A stretch of DNA of 62,942 nt, filler included, from Conidiobolus incongruus B7586 (Eukaryota): NCBI GenBank assembly GCA_000697335.1. It is 16 parts of 16 records of this genome, joined end to end, with 100 filler letters (N's around TTAATTAATTAA, not from the genome) between each part and the next. Parts side by side here need not be neighbours in the genome. Positions count along the whole stretch, not along the records: positions 1 to 12,661 come from JNEM01007077.1; 15 more parts are not named here. The stretch is one strand, 5' to 3'. A program made the position numbers and the translations under genes. Below are positions 1-12,761 of the stretch, piece by piece. Below the pieces are notes generated by a model. The model was not told the origin of the DNA, made no database searches, and worked only from the letters and a program-made list of their open reading frames with translations. The stretch's first letter is position 1. Every line of letters starts with the position of its first letter.

Positions 1-1160
1 GAAAATAATTTTTGCAAATTAATTTTAGTTACAATATTAATGAAATATCTATAAAAATCTATATATAATATAAATTTCATTTTATCTTCTATTATTAAAT
101 AATATTTATTATAATTTTATTAAGGATTTGATATTTAAAAATTATTCATTATTAAGGATAGAAATTTGATATTTATTAAATTAATTTAACTTATTAGTAA
201 AATTTTATTTCTTTGCAAATATAATTTTTAATTACCCAAAATTATTATAATTATATATGTTATAATATGGTGAATATATTGGATTAATAATTTTTGCTGA
301 TTAATAAATATGTATAATTTTTATTCATCTACTTTTATATATTTTATATTTATTAAATTAAATAATCAATATTTATAATATATAACTAAGATATAACTTT
401 GAAAAAAATTTTTTAAATAAAATATAAGACTGATTATTAATTGATAACCTTTAGACTGTAGATAAAAATTTATATAATATTATAATCTATTATAAACATT
501 AAATTAACCTAATATTAAAATATTTATTAATTGATATTTTTAAATAGGATTATTTTAGCTTAACCAAATATCTCACTTTATTTCTAGATAAAAAATATAT
601 ATAAAAATCCAATATTTTTTAATTATAATATCTTATTATAAAAATCTTTGATTTTGATAATATTTTAATAGGTTTTACTAAGATATAAAAACTTTAATTC
701 TTTTGTCAGCTTTATTTAATTTAAAAGGTATTTATTTAATATTAATTTTAATAAATACAAGATTAAATTTTAATATATGTAATATTTTTATTTAATAATT
801 ATTTTTGACCTAGATAATTTCTTTGCTAAAATTAAAAAGAATTTTTTAAAAAACTATTTTATATTATTAATTAATATAAAATTAATAATAGGAATTAATT
901 ATATAAATTTATAAATATTTTTTAAAATTATTACTTCTAAATTTAAAATTTTATATATAATAATAAATAATAAATAATAAATATAAATTAAACATTATCT
1001 TCATAATTTTCTATTCAATCTTGAATTATTTTAGTATCTATAGTTGAACTTTAATAAAACCAAAATAAAAAAAATTTGAATAATTTTATCTAAATTATAA
1101 ATGATAGAATTAAACATTAAATTTTAAATTAAAAGTGTTATAATCAAAGAATAGTTTTGA

Positions 1161-1191
<31 letters not shown>

Positions 1192-1292
1192 GAATTAGTT
1201 CTCTTATATATTTTGAATATTATTGATTCTTTAAAAGTAACAATATGTTTGAAAAGTAATTGAAAAATTGCCATTTTTTCTTCCCAAACTAA
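1..1292 (-). mobile_element. Degenerate mariner (DD34D) transposon, divergent subfamily, truncated by window start
   Basis: Minus strand near 200-285 reads PIYSPYYNIYNYNNFG*LK, a transition-degraded form of the mariner PVYSPDYNPCDYNCFGQLK motif. The end ...AAAATTGCCATTTTTTCTTCCCAAACTAA at 1292 is followed by TA and resembles the TIR of the copy at 54357. Confidence 0.7.
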
Positions 1293-2005
1293 TATATATA
1301 ATTTTGAATGTATTATTATTCCAATATCTATATTGAATTATATGAGTTATCATTACCATATTGATATTTAATAGTCTGTATAACTAATTAATAGAATAAT
1401 TTCAGATTACTATATAAAGTGATAACACGTAACTAATTTAGTTTATTAATCTTTGATTATATGGGAGTGGAAAAGATACTGAAAAAACAAGAAAAATCCT
1501 ATTAACCAAAGTCGGTAAAATTATAATAAGCAAGAAAATTATGACTTGAGGAATATATTATTGATAATAACATTAACGAATCAGCTGTATGATATTTATT
1601 GGATTATATTTTGTATATTAAATTTTCGATCACCTAATAATTTTTTCTGAATTTTTGGAAAAAAGATTTAAAAAACCAATAATCAATATCTTTTAAAGAC
1701 AATTGACCTATAAGATATGTGTGATTTTTTAATATTATCAATATATACGATAAACAATGAATATGTCAAATTGTATAATTAGCATTGCAAAGTGTATTAG
1801 AGAGAGTTATAAGGTTGAATAAAAAACCTGATAGTAGTTTATTATATAATGAATTTTATAATTTCAAAATTTTTAATTTAATAGTAATCAATAAATTTGA
1901 AACAATCAAATATTACAAATGTGGAAAAATAATTAAGTGTAATTCAAGCAAATTTTTTATATTAATATTTAATATTAAAAATTAATCATTAATATTAAAT
2001 GGTGT

Positions 2006-3852
2006 TCACCACCTCTCCTGGAGCAACTTCACCATAATTCTATTAGGCGGTAATATATCTTGTTGAGATTTGAATTGAAATTTGCCATTAGTTTTAATTT
2101 GAGATTTGCACCATAGTAAATAAATTTCAGCACTTGGATTGAACATTGCAAATTGAGACATTAATTCAACGAAGAATTCTAGTATTTCTACATCTTCTGA
2201 ACTTTCCACAGGGAGAAATACTTTGATGAGATGCAATAAAATGAGCGCAATTAGAGGACAACTGATATAGTACTGAGTTAAATCAATTTCCGGCTCTGGA
2301 TATCCTGGTAATTGCATAGTTCGTCGAACAAATTCGATAAAGTCTTGACATAATACTTTTGCCTGTTTTTTACGAGTTATGGCCAATTCTTTAAATTTAA
2401 TTTGATTGAGGTATTTAAAAAGTAGTAAGAAATAGAAGATGTGGAATGAATTAAATAATAATATAGCCATCAGCATTGTAGTGTTTGCATAGCGCTCAGG
2501 ATCTTCAAGGAGCTGAGATTCATACCTATTTAAATCAAATTCGGCCAAATTTCTTCCAAATATATGTGGATAGAGACTTTCAAAATCTTGAGTCATTATC
2601 TTTTGATCGATTAGACTAGAATCGGTTTTAAAAAAGCTCAGAAATATATCGATCATTGGACACAGAGATTGACAAAGCCAAGTTAGCTTAGCAAGCGCAT
2701 TGAAATGAGGGATTGAGTTATAAATAGTTGTCTTATAAGGTTGCTCTTGGAATATATTCAGATCACATGTTGCATAGTAAGGACCCGGATTGAAGTTGAG
2801 TTTTGGATGGGGTATATGAGTTTCAAAAGGATTTGACTTCAGATGCAACGGCTTTAGATAAGTAACAGACATTGTCATTTCTCCTGATAAACGACACCAC
2901 CAAGCATTTCTAAGTTCAACAGATTGTAAATCAAACATATCTATTGGACTTAGATGGTGATTTTGATCAATGCGATTACATCCCACTTCCAAGCATTTTC
3001 TATATCAATCATTAATAAAATTTATGACTATGTTTCATATATTTTGATTACGTTGAAAATTTCCCCAAATGAATAAAGCATGACCATAAATTCCCGTGAC
3101 TTATTTCGAGTAGCATCAAAAACACCGAACCAAGGATAATCTCTCTGGTAGAAGTTGAATTCGAGTTTAACAAATACAATGCCTTGAGGTAAAATACATT
3201 GTTGGAAAGGTCTAGATGATTAGTGTTACCAGTCAACAACATGTATTTAGGCAGCATACTAGCAGCAATGCAATTAATTAAATATGAATTCATTCCAAGT
3301 TGATTATATATTTCTTGAATGGTTTCTACTGAAACAGGGCATACTAAAGAAAACTTAAAGCTCATCCCAATTAAGATTTCTAATAACTGTTGAATTTTGT
3401 GAGGTACTGAATCATTGTGTAGAGGAATTCTTTTAGGTATTATAAACATATTAGGCTTTGTTTTACCAATCAAATTTTGGTAAAGATCAAAATTTAAATT
3501 TGACTAATTAATTATATTAGTATAACAGTTCTGGAATAAAAAGTAAATATTTTACCATAATTGAATTGATATTGGGGTCAATTTGCGACCAATCAATGAG
3601 CCTTTGCAATGTATATCTCAATTTGAGCCACTTCATCTCCACTCTTTTCAAACTTTTCAATTGGTACTCGCTAATTTGATTTTCCTCACAGTCAAATTCA
3701 GTCAAAGCTGTCATTACATTATTATTTCCAGTATTCTTCACATAGCAGCAATATTTCTTATGTTTAAAACAATTGGAACAAGGTTGCATCCTATTACATT
3801 TTATTTTCCTCCATTTGCATTCGGCACAACTTAATTGATTTCTTTGCCGCAT
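2006..3852 (-). CDS. Zn(II)2Cys6 (GAL4-type) fungal transcription factor, ~580 aa, 3 exons (3852-3556, 3503-3052, 2999-2006)
   Basis: N-terminal CAECKWRKIKCNRMQPCSNCFKHKKYC fits C-x2-C-x6-C-x5-C-x2-C-x6-C. Two 52-bp GT-AG introns (3555-3504 with a TACTAAT branch site, and 3051-3000) join ORFs 3517-3852, 3048-3473 and 2006-2992 in frame (1743 nt). LEVGCNRID...RNAWW resembles the fungal TF middle-homology region. Confidence 0.9.
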
Positions 3853-4981
3853 TATAAATATATATTCATTATAAAGGTGAATGAATAAATTAAAAAATAT
3901 TAGTTTGTCAGAGTAAGATATTCTAAATGATCAGTAAACTGATTAATAAGAATGGATTTTGACAAATTGGAATTCAACTGAAATATTATGGTATCAATTG
4001 GATTTATATATTATGTTGGATTTTTCATCAAATGCATAAATTTAATATACAAATCATTAATTAATTGACTGGTTTTATTGGAGGGCCAAGTAACTGAAGA
4101 AAAGATATGACATATGAGGCAAATATATATGTAATATATGAATGCTTTACTCTTTTGAAATAATTATATATAGATTTGTAAAAAAGTTAAATTAAGGCTA
4201 TAATTATATATTAAAAAATAATTTTGTATTATTGTTTGGGATATATATATATATAATTGATTTATTGATTCAACCATTTTATAAAAGACTAGTCTAACTT
4301 TATTGTTTCTTTGATTAAAATAACTAAAATGAGATTTCATTATAATATGTCTTGGAAATAAAGGACAAATTGACAATAGTAGTGTTATGTAGTTAAATGG
4401 AGGCCGTTTTGAAAAGGTTTAAAGTGTCTAGTTTTCAAATTTTTTTGATATTTTATACAAAGTTAGTATTTTAAGTTTTTTAAAAATTTGATATTGTTTT
4501 TATAATTATGTAAAACATTAAATTAGATTTAACCCAATTATCTTAAAATTAATTACTTTATTAAAAATGTATTTTTAAATACATAAGAATTTTTGAATAA
4601 TGGTTTTGATATAAATAATAGCATAATATTAATTAAAAATATTACATTATATATTGAATTTAATTTGAAAGCGAACATTATTAATATATTCGAATAAAAT
4701 ATAGAAAATATATCAAATTTAGGAAAATATAGGTTTGATTTTGTGGTATACATAGTGAACTGTAAAAATAGAAATTTGTACCAAATATTCATTAGACAAA
4801 TTTTATTATTTCAAATATTAATCGAAAATAATTCTACAAAATCATTGCAAGTTCACATAAATGACAAATTTTACTATTTTTGAACACAATTTCAATTTAG
4901 ACAAAATTATTCAATCATTTCGTAGGATTATTTGATATTACTTCAATTCTGTAAAGAAATAAAATATTAATGTAATATCAA

Positions 4982-5332
4982 TCAGCATACTGTGGTTCTA
5001 CCGATTGCTAGTAGGATGTTTCTAATAAGAAAGGGAGAGGTTTGCTCGTGATTTGTTTGGTAGTTTGGGTTAAGGTGCTTTATTAATGTTTGTTAAGGGT
5101 TTAATAGGCTTCACAGAAGACCGAAAATGATGAAAATGTATTCCGACAATAGTTCTTTTATAAGCCATTCGTTAGCGGTAAATTGTGTAAAGAAGTGTAT
5201 TAGGTCTTCAGAAAAATGAGCCCTTAAAGTGGTGTGAGAGGTATTCTGTGGTTATAACTTCATAAGGTAATAGATGGCGAGATGAAGTTGGTCGGGCGGA
5301 TCGCCATTTAGGTAACCACAATACCATGCTGA
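4982..5332 (+). ncRNA. Putative structured non-coding RNA of unknown family (~350 nt)
   Basis: About 39% GC with G:C near 2:1 and 11 CpGs (hand count over 4981-5340), and no long ORF. The ends pair (TCAGCAT 4982-4988 / ATGCTGA 5326-5332). Internal helices: 5093-5103/5217-5227, 5116-5122/5203-5209, 5271-5280/5301-5310 and 5255-5263/5282-5290. G-U pairs favour the + strand. Confidence 0.55.
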
Positions 5333-6218
5333 ATACGGTAATTGAATTGATCCTCATTATTGATTAGGAGATGTGTATTATTATGGGAATAATATCGAAT
5401 TATATTTACCATTTGGTTTAATTGATTTAATTTTATGTTAATCATTTTGCTCCTTAATGAAAATTAATTCACTCTTATATTTGTAAAAAAGACTTGATAA
5501 GTTTCAGTTTATGTGATATTCTATCATCAAAAATGCATTAATATTAATATATCCAAACAATTAATCTCATTCATTATTAAGCCGTAATTTATATTAGGTA
5601 TAACGTTTATATTAGCGGAATCATTTTTCATATTTAAATTGTTTTATAAATTTTAAGCTCATATTTTGATAGGCCAAAATATATAAATTTAGTGGATTCA
5701 ATTTTGAGATGTGATAAATAAGTAATAAATATTTGTATACTCAAATTAAAAAACACCCGTTCAAAGTACATAATTTTTTAGTGAAACCTGAGCTCTTGCA
5801 TCAATTTTTCAGATCATTTTTTCTATTAACAGAATTTATATATGTATCGTTATTCAAACAATAAAAAGATGCTCCTGTAAATATAATACTATTTTATTTC
5901 GTAATGCAGTTAATAATTTGTAATATTTATCAATTATATATCAAAATTAAAATCTTTATTTCTTTTAATATATTTGGATATGAAATTATTATATAAATAA
6001 AAAGTATTTTATTACAAATTATAAATATAGATTTATCGCAATATATTTTGTAAATAATTCAGAAAAATTTTACAATAAATTTTAAATAAAACATGTTATT
6101 AAGTAATTATGATGCTCTAACAAATATGTGAGCACCAAATAAAATAAATATTAAAGTATCAATTGAAATGTATAATTAAAATTTTTTTTTCAAATTAGAC
6201 TTCTTATTAATATTTAAT

Positions 6219-6290
6219 TCTATAAAGGGTAATGGTTAAAAAATATTAATTATTATGAAATATTGTGGGTTTGACTCACACCCATTATCA
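6219..6290 (+). pseudogene. Degenerate tRNA-like relic
   Basis: A-box-like GTAATGGTTA and T-arm-like GTGGGTTTGACTCACAC (compare GGTTCGACTCC) at tRNA-like spacing. The acceptor and anticodon stems no longer pair. Confidence 0.35.
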
Positions 6291-6536
6291 CTTTGGATTT
6301 AATCAAATTAATTTGAATGTATTAAAATTATTTAATTCTAATATTGCAAATCAATTAAAATTTATTTAATTAATTTCCAAAAAAATTTTTCGGAAACCTA
6401 ATATATATTGATATTCTAAATTAGATATTATCCTAATAAATAAAATCATATACTATTAATATAAATTTGGCAAAGTTTAAATGAAGAAAAAATCATAATC
6501 ATATATTAGTCATTATTGTTTTAATTTTATATAATA

Positions 6537-9142
6537 TTACTCTGGATTTTACTAATGAGGTTCTTTTGAAATTAAATATAAATAGATATTTTAATATAGA
6601 GTTCTTAAATATATATATATATATTATACATTCTATCCTCTGTTTTATGATTAATATTCATTTACTATATTTTTTACAAACTTCTAAGACCTCAAAATTA
6701 ATTATTTTTTATTAAAGCCTAAAATTTAATGTTTCACAAATAATTTAAATTTATTTACAAAAATTTTCTTATAAGCTTATTAATTATTAACTTAAAACAT
6801 TTATAATTATATAAGTTATAATCTAGTGAAATGATTAAATGTTTATTTTTCAAATTATTTTGAATTAATAAATATTTGATTAATATAACTATATATATTT
6901 TGTAATTTTTTATATAAAATAATAATTAACTATTTTATTTTAAAAATATAAATTAAAAATATATTTATTCAAAAAAGAATATAATATTTATTATTATTTA
7001 ATCTTTCTTCAAAAACTAGACAAAATTTATATATGTTAAAATAATATATTATAATAATTATTAATTTATAAAAAATTCCATCATTAATGGAGTTTATAAA
7101 AAACTTTGTTTTAGTTTAGTATAGTATATTATATTATATTGAAATAAAAAATTATATAAATAGATTTATATTACTTTGTAATTTAAATAATATGAATTTT
7201 TTATAATTGAAAAAATAAATATTTTAATATATAAAAAGCAAAAATAAATATATAATATAAAATTAATAATCTCCTTGATTTTTAATAATTTTATGCAATA
7301 TTTTTGGCAAAGATCTAACACTTAAAAATAGTTTTTTTTTATTAAGAAATGAAATTTAATATTTTACACATTAATTAAATTTTTTTGAAAAAAATTCTTG
7401 TCCTATAAGCTAGTTTTTTAATTACCTAAAACAATTATAATCATGAAGGTTATAATATAAGAAATATAATAAATATTATAGTTTTATCTAGTTAATTTTT
7501 ATTACAAAGTCTTTTATAACTTTAGATTTATATATTTTATAATAATTATTTAAAATAATAGGCTTTGTCAAATTATATTGAAAATACCTATTTGAAATAA
7601 CTTTAGTTAAAAAAATATTTAAAGTATATTATTAATTAATATTTTTTTAAGAATTAATTAAAAATAATATATGCTATTATAATCTATTATAATAATTAAT
7701 ATTTATTTATTAATAAAATATTTAATTAAAATAATTTATAAAAGAGGTTGATTTAGATTAATTTAATATTTTGATTTATATTTTGGTAAAAATTATAAAA
7801 AAAATGAAATATTTATTAATTATAATAATTTGTTGTAAAAGCCTTGGTCTTTTGTTATATCTTAATAAGTTTTGTTTAATAATAGCTATTTTATCCTTTT
7901 TTAAACTTTATTTAAATTATATAATACTTATTTTATATTTTATATTAGTTAATTTTATTTTAAACTTTAATATATATAAAATATTTATATAATTAATATT
8001 AAACTATCTTAATATTTCTTTAACTGAAATAAAAAGATATTTTTAATATATTTTTTCATTTTATTAATAATTAAAAAATGATAGTGAAAATTAGTGTTCT
8101 AGATTTTAACAGGTTTTAGGTAGTTTTTGCTAATCTTAAAATAATGTATCAATTAAAAAATTGTTTATTTAAATAATACTTCATTATTAACAATAGTTTA
8201 TAGATTTTAAATGATTTTAGAGGGCTTATGGTTAAGTTTTATTTATATTAAAATAAAAACCTTTTGATGATTGTTTTTTAATTTAAGTACAATTAAATTA
8301 AAAAATCAATTTGAAAAAATAATTTTTTTAATCAAAAAACTATTATATATATATATATATAGATAATTCAAAACTATTTATTCTTTTATTTGTTTTATAT
8401 ATATTTTTTTATTTAAAACTAATAACTCTTTTTGAAAAATCATAAATTAAAAAATTTCTTATTTTTTCAATTCTATAGTAATTACTTATTAATTATAATA
8501 TTTATTTTAACAATTTTAGTATTTAAATATATTTTAGTAAGTTGTCTTTAATTATAGCTACTTTTGACTTTATTAAGCTTTAATTTAATTATAAAGTCTT
8601 TTTTTTAATTTTATAAAATAACTTAAAACTTTAATATATATTATATGCTCTTGTATTTAAAATTATATAATTTGAATTATCTTCTAGGTAAAATAATAAG
8701 ATATCTTTTGTTATATATTATATTTAATAAATAAATAGAAATTATGATAATTAAAATTGAACCTTTGAATTTAATGAAATTTTGAATAATATTTGTTTTA
8801 GCTTATAAGTAACAGATATAATACCCAATAGTAATTTAAAATGAAACATTATTATTATAATATCTTTAATAATCTTTAATTATTTTAAAGGGATTATGGC
8901 TTAGTTTGAATAATATTAAAATAAAAGACTTTTGATAATCACTATTAATTTTAACTTTAAATAAACTAAACTTTTGTAAATTAAAAAGATTTAGATAAAA
9001 GAATAATGATAAATAAATAGATATAAATTAAAAATATTAATTCTGATAAGTATTTAATATGTGATTTAATTTTCAAGATTATGATTATACTTTTAATATC
9101 ATGTAATTGAAAAATCTGCAATTTTTTAATTTGAATTAATAA
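6537..9142 (-). mobile_element. Old mariner copy (divergent subfamily) split by the nested mariner at 7171-8481
   Basis: 6537-7170 holds the 3' half (TIR-like TTACTCTGGATTTTACTAATGAGG and the degraded SPDYN motif). 8482-9142 resumes collinearly at the TIDESW region with the 5' half. The halves sum to about 1.3 kb. Confidence 0.6.
7171..8481 (-). mobile_element. Mariner transposon subfamily B2, full length, mutated
   Basis: Starts TA|TTACTTTGTAATTTAAATAAT like the copies at 21713 and 46955, is collinear with them, and is 1311 bp long. Confidence 0.8.
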
Positions 9143-9521
9143 TAGTATTTATTATTTCTTAAATAATCAATCAATAGTAAAATGAAATTGACTATATTAG
9201 TAAAGATCCTTAAATTATATTTAAATAGTGATTTAATCATCTTAATAATTTAAATCATCAAAAATGAATATAAATATTAATATTCAGATATTAATATATT
9301 ATAATATTATAAACTTATCAGCTATTTCACTAAATAACTTGATTATATGTAATATGTTTTGGCTTGGTTTGCTAATATTAAAACATACAAAATAAATTAT
9401 ATTCATTTAACTAATATATAGTTCTTATATTAAATTTAATGAAAGAACAAAAATATTCTAAAATTTTTATATAATTTCCTTTTAATTCTTTTTACCTAAT
9501 GATAATTTGATAAAAATTATA

Positions 9522-11088
9522 CATTAGCCTACAAAAATGAGTCATAAAATTAAAAATATATATATTTCAATTAATATCATAATCAATATTAATTTAGATA
9601 AACTTATATTAAACTATGTAAATAATATATATTTTTTATTTATAATATAATATATATAGTTAAATTTAATTAATTATTAATTAATATATTAACACTAAAA
9701 GTATAATTAAGATGAGTTATAAGTTTGTGGGTTTTAGTATTGATAGAAAAATTAATATCTAGTATATCTACCTTTTACTTTTCTAACTTCTTTAAGTTTA
9801 TAAAGTATAGAGTCAACTAGCTTCTTATATTAAACAGGAATAATATTATTCTAAGCTTCTTGAATATACTCCTAAAGTTGATTTAAATTTTTTGCTGGGG
9901 GGAAAACTTTAATTGATTTTTTTAGTTGATCCTAAAGATATTTAATTAGGTTAAGATTAAGAGATTCAGGAGGCTATTTTATAATAGTTATTTTGTTACT
10001 TTTAAGCTATTTAATAGTAGAATTTGTAATATAACAAGGTGTATTATTTTGTTGGAAAATAATATTTGATTTTTTTAATCTATATTACTCAATAGTTTTT
10101 TTCAATTTATTATTTAGAATACTTTAATACATTTTAGTATTAATTACCCTATTAACCTTATAAACATACCTTACACCTGAAGATAATATATATCCCTAAA
10201 CTATAATTAACTTACTATTGTATTTTTGGGTTATAATAACATAACAGTTATAAAGTAGTTTTTTATCTTTTTTAAAATATCTAGCTTTTCTATTGGTTTT
10301 ATTAAGATATATCTTTGTTTCATTAAACTAAATAACTTTACTCTAATTAGTTTCAGTTTAACTTTAGTGTTGATATTTAAACTCTCACCTAGCTTTATAA
10401 TAGGACTTTTTTAGTTGGGGGTGTTTTTTCTTAAGATATAAGTGGTATTTATTCTAATATAAAGTATATATAATAGTATCAGTATTAACTAATATTCTTG
10501 TATAGTTTTATAATTCTTGTTGTACTTTTATAGTAATATTATACTTACTTATACTAACTAATCTACAAATATACTTTTTATCATACTTATCTATAATTCT
10601 AATACACTTAAGTTTTAGTTTAAATGTTTTTTTAGCATTGTTCTTAATAACCCTAACTATAGTAGATTAGCTAACACTACTAATTCTAGCAATCTCACAA
10701 GTTGATTTATATTTATTATAAAGTTGATTAATGCATAAGTGAGCTTTTTTAGAGAGAGATTTAGGTATTATAATATTAATTTTAAAATATTAGCTTAATA
10801 ATTTAATTTTATATATAATACAACAAAAAAAAATATATATATATAAGTTTTGTTATTTATACCCTTTTAACTTATAAACCCATAAATTTATAACTCACCT
10901 TGGTTAAATTTTAGGTTTTGATATATTAACCAATAGCTAATATAATATAATCAAATATAGTTAGATATAATCAATTAATATAGGTAAATTATATATTTTA
11001 ATTTAAATTTATTTAATTAGGAATTATTTAAGATATAAGTAAATATTTAAGTAATTTTAATTTTATAACTCATTTTTACAAGCTAGTG
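9522..11088 (-). mobile_element. Tc1-like DD34E transposon, subfamily A2, full length, mutated
   Basis: TA|CATTAGCCTACAAAAATGAGTCATAAAAT...ATTTTATAACTCATTTTTACAAGCTAGTG|TA, 1567 bp. The minus strand retains FQQNN and PPESLNLNLI (from FQQDN and PPQSPDLNPIE). Confidence 0.85.
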
Positions 11089-11221
11089 TATATATATACT
11101 TATTAAATTTATTAATTGTAAATTATTTCTATTTTTTCTACTTTTTATTTAATAATTAGTCTTTTGATATTAGTTTCACATTTGTTATTTTTAATATTAA
11201 TAATAGAAAAATATATAAATA

Positions 11222-12540
11222 TTACCTTGAATTTATAATAATAGGAAATTTTTTTAATTTCTAATTTTTCAAATATATTATTAATTTGAAATAAATAAAT
11301 ATATACAAAGTTAATAAAAAAATATATATTTTTAATTTATATATATATATATATATATATTAATTCTTTTGATTAAAAAATTAATTTTTTAAAATTAGTT
11401 ATTTAATTTAATTATTCTTAAACTAAATAATAATCATCAAAAGTTTTTAATTTAATATTAGTAAAGCTTAACTATAAACCCTCTAAAATTATTTAAAATT
11501 TACAAGCAACTTTTGGTAATGATATAATATTTAAATTAATAATTTATCACTAGGTATATTATGTTAAACTTAAAAAAGCAACTATCTAAAATTTATTAAA
11601 ATCTAAAAACTAACTTCAATTATTACTCTTTTAATTATTAATAAAATGAAAAAATATATTAAAAGGTACTTTTGTATTTAATCTAGAATATTATCTAAGC
11701 ACTCTAATATTAATTTTATAAGTATTATATATATATTAAATTTAAACTTAAATTAATAAATAAAAATGTAAAAAAAAGTACCTTATAATATAACTAAAGC
11801 TTAAAAAAAAGCTAGAGTAGTTAATATTAAATAAAAATTATTAAAACATTACTAAAAGTCTAAATTTCTATAGCAAATAATCATAATTGATGAATCTTAA
11901 ATCCTTATATATAATCTTTTACCAAAACATAAATCAAGATGCTAGTTTAAGTTAAATTAACCTTTTTGACAAATCCCTTTAAATAAACATTTAGTTAATA
12001 AGTGAATATTAATTATTATAAAATATTATAATAGTATATACTATTTTTATTTAATTCTTAAAGGAAAATCAACTAATAGTAGACTTTATATTGCTTTATT
12101 AAATAAAACTATTTTTAATTAATATTCTCAATATAATTAGAAAAAACTTATTAGTTTATATAATAATTATAAAATATATAAATCTAAAGCTGTAAAAAAC
12201 TTTCTAATTAAATATAACTACAAAAAACTATCATATTTAGTATACTCTTTAGATTATAACCTATATAATGATAATTGCTTTATATAATTAAAAAACTAAC
12301 TTGTAGAAAAGAAAATTTTTACAAAAAAATTTAATTAATTTATAAAATATCAAATTTTAGTCTTTAATAAAAAGAACTATTTTTTAAGTATTAAATCTTT
12401 GCTAAAAATATAACAAAGAGTTATTAATAATAATAAAAAACTATTAATTTATATTATATATTTATTTTTATATATCATTTATTAAAATATATATTTATTT
12501 TTAATTTCAAAAAATTCTCATTATTAAAAATATAGAGTAA
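11222..12540 (+). mobile_element. Mariner transposon subfamily B2, full length, mutated
   Basis: TA|TTACCTTGAATTTATAATAATAGGAAAT...AATTCTCATTATTAAAAATATAGAGTAA|TA, with IIDES* (from TIDESW) near 11885. 1319 bp. Confidence 0.85.
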
Positions 12541-12661
12541 TAATATAAAGTTTTATCTTGTCACCAATTAATTTTAATTTATTTGAAAATTAATTAATAG
12601 AATAATCTTTAAATCATTTATATATATTGTAATAACATTTGTTTTATTATTTGGATATATT

Positions 12662-12761
12662 NNNNNNNNNNNNNNNNNNNNNNNNNNNNNNNNNNNNNNN
12701 NNNNNTTAATTAATTAANNNNNNNNNNNNNNNNNNNNNNNNNNNNNNNNNNNNNNNNNNNN
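12662..12761. other. Assembly gap spacer (first of 15 identical N44-TTAATTAATTAA-N44 linkers)
   Basis: The same 100-bp linker, which carries stops in all six frames, also starts at 19997, 22081, 27074, 29641, 38217, 42863, 49459, 50836, 52320, 54181, 56606, 58245, 60059 and 61376. It is an artefact. Confidence 0.98.

Noticed and set aside
1160..1185. (TA)n microsatellites (also near 8345, 11339, 38080, 48138, 56887)
   Set aside because: They lie in the 5' non-coding part of mariner copies and are not an independent repeat system.
3583..3834. 83-aa + strand ORF (and 40487-40765)
   Set aside because: Antisense shadows of the TF and GET3 exons.
4982..5332. Assignment of the RNA candidate as U3, snR30/U17 or RNase P/MRP
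   Set aside because: TGATGA, GTGTGAGA, CTGA and ATACCAT words occur, but box A is not complementary to the 18S 5' end, the m1 motif and ACA box are missing, no P4 helix forms, and the strongest helices conflict with those folds.
12706..12717. Recurrent TTAATTAATTAA palindrome between N runs
   Set aside because: It is a scaffolding linker, identical in all 15 gaps, and not biological.
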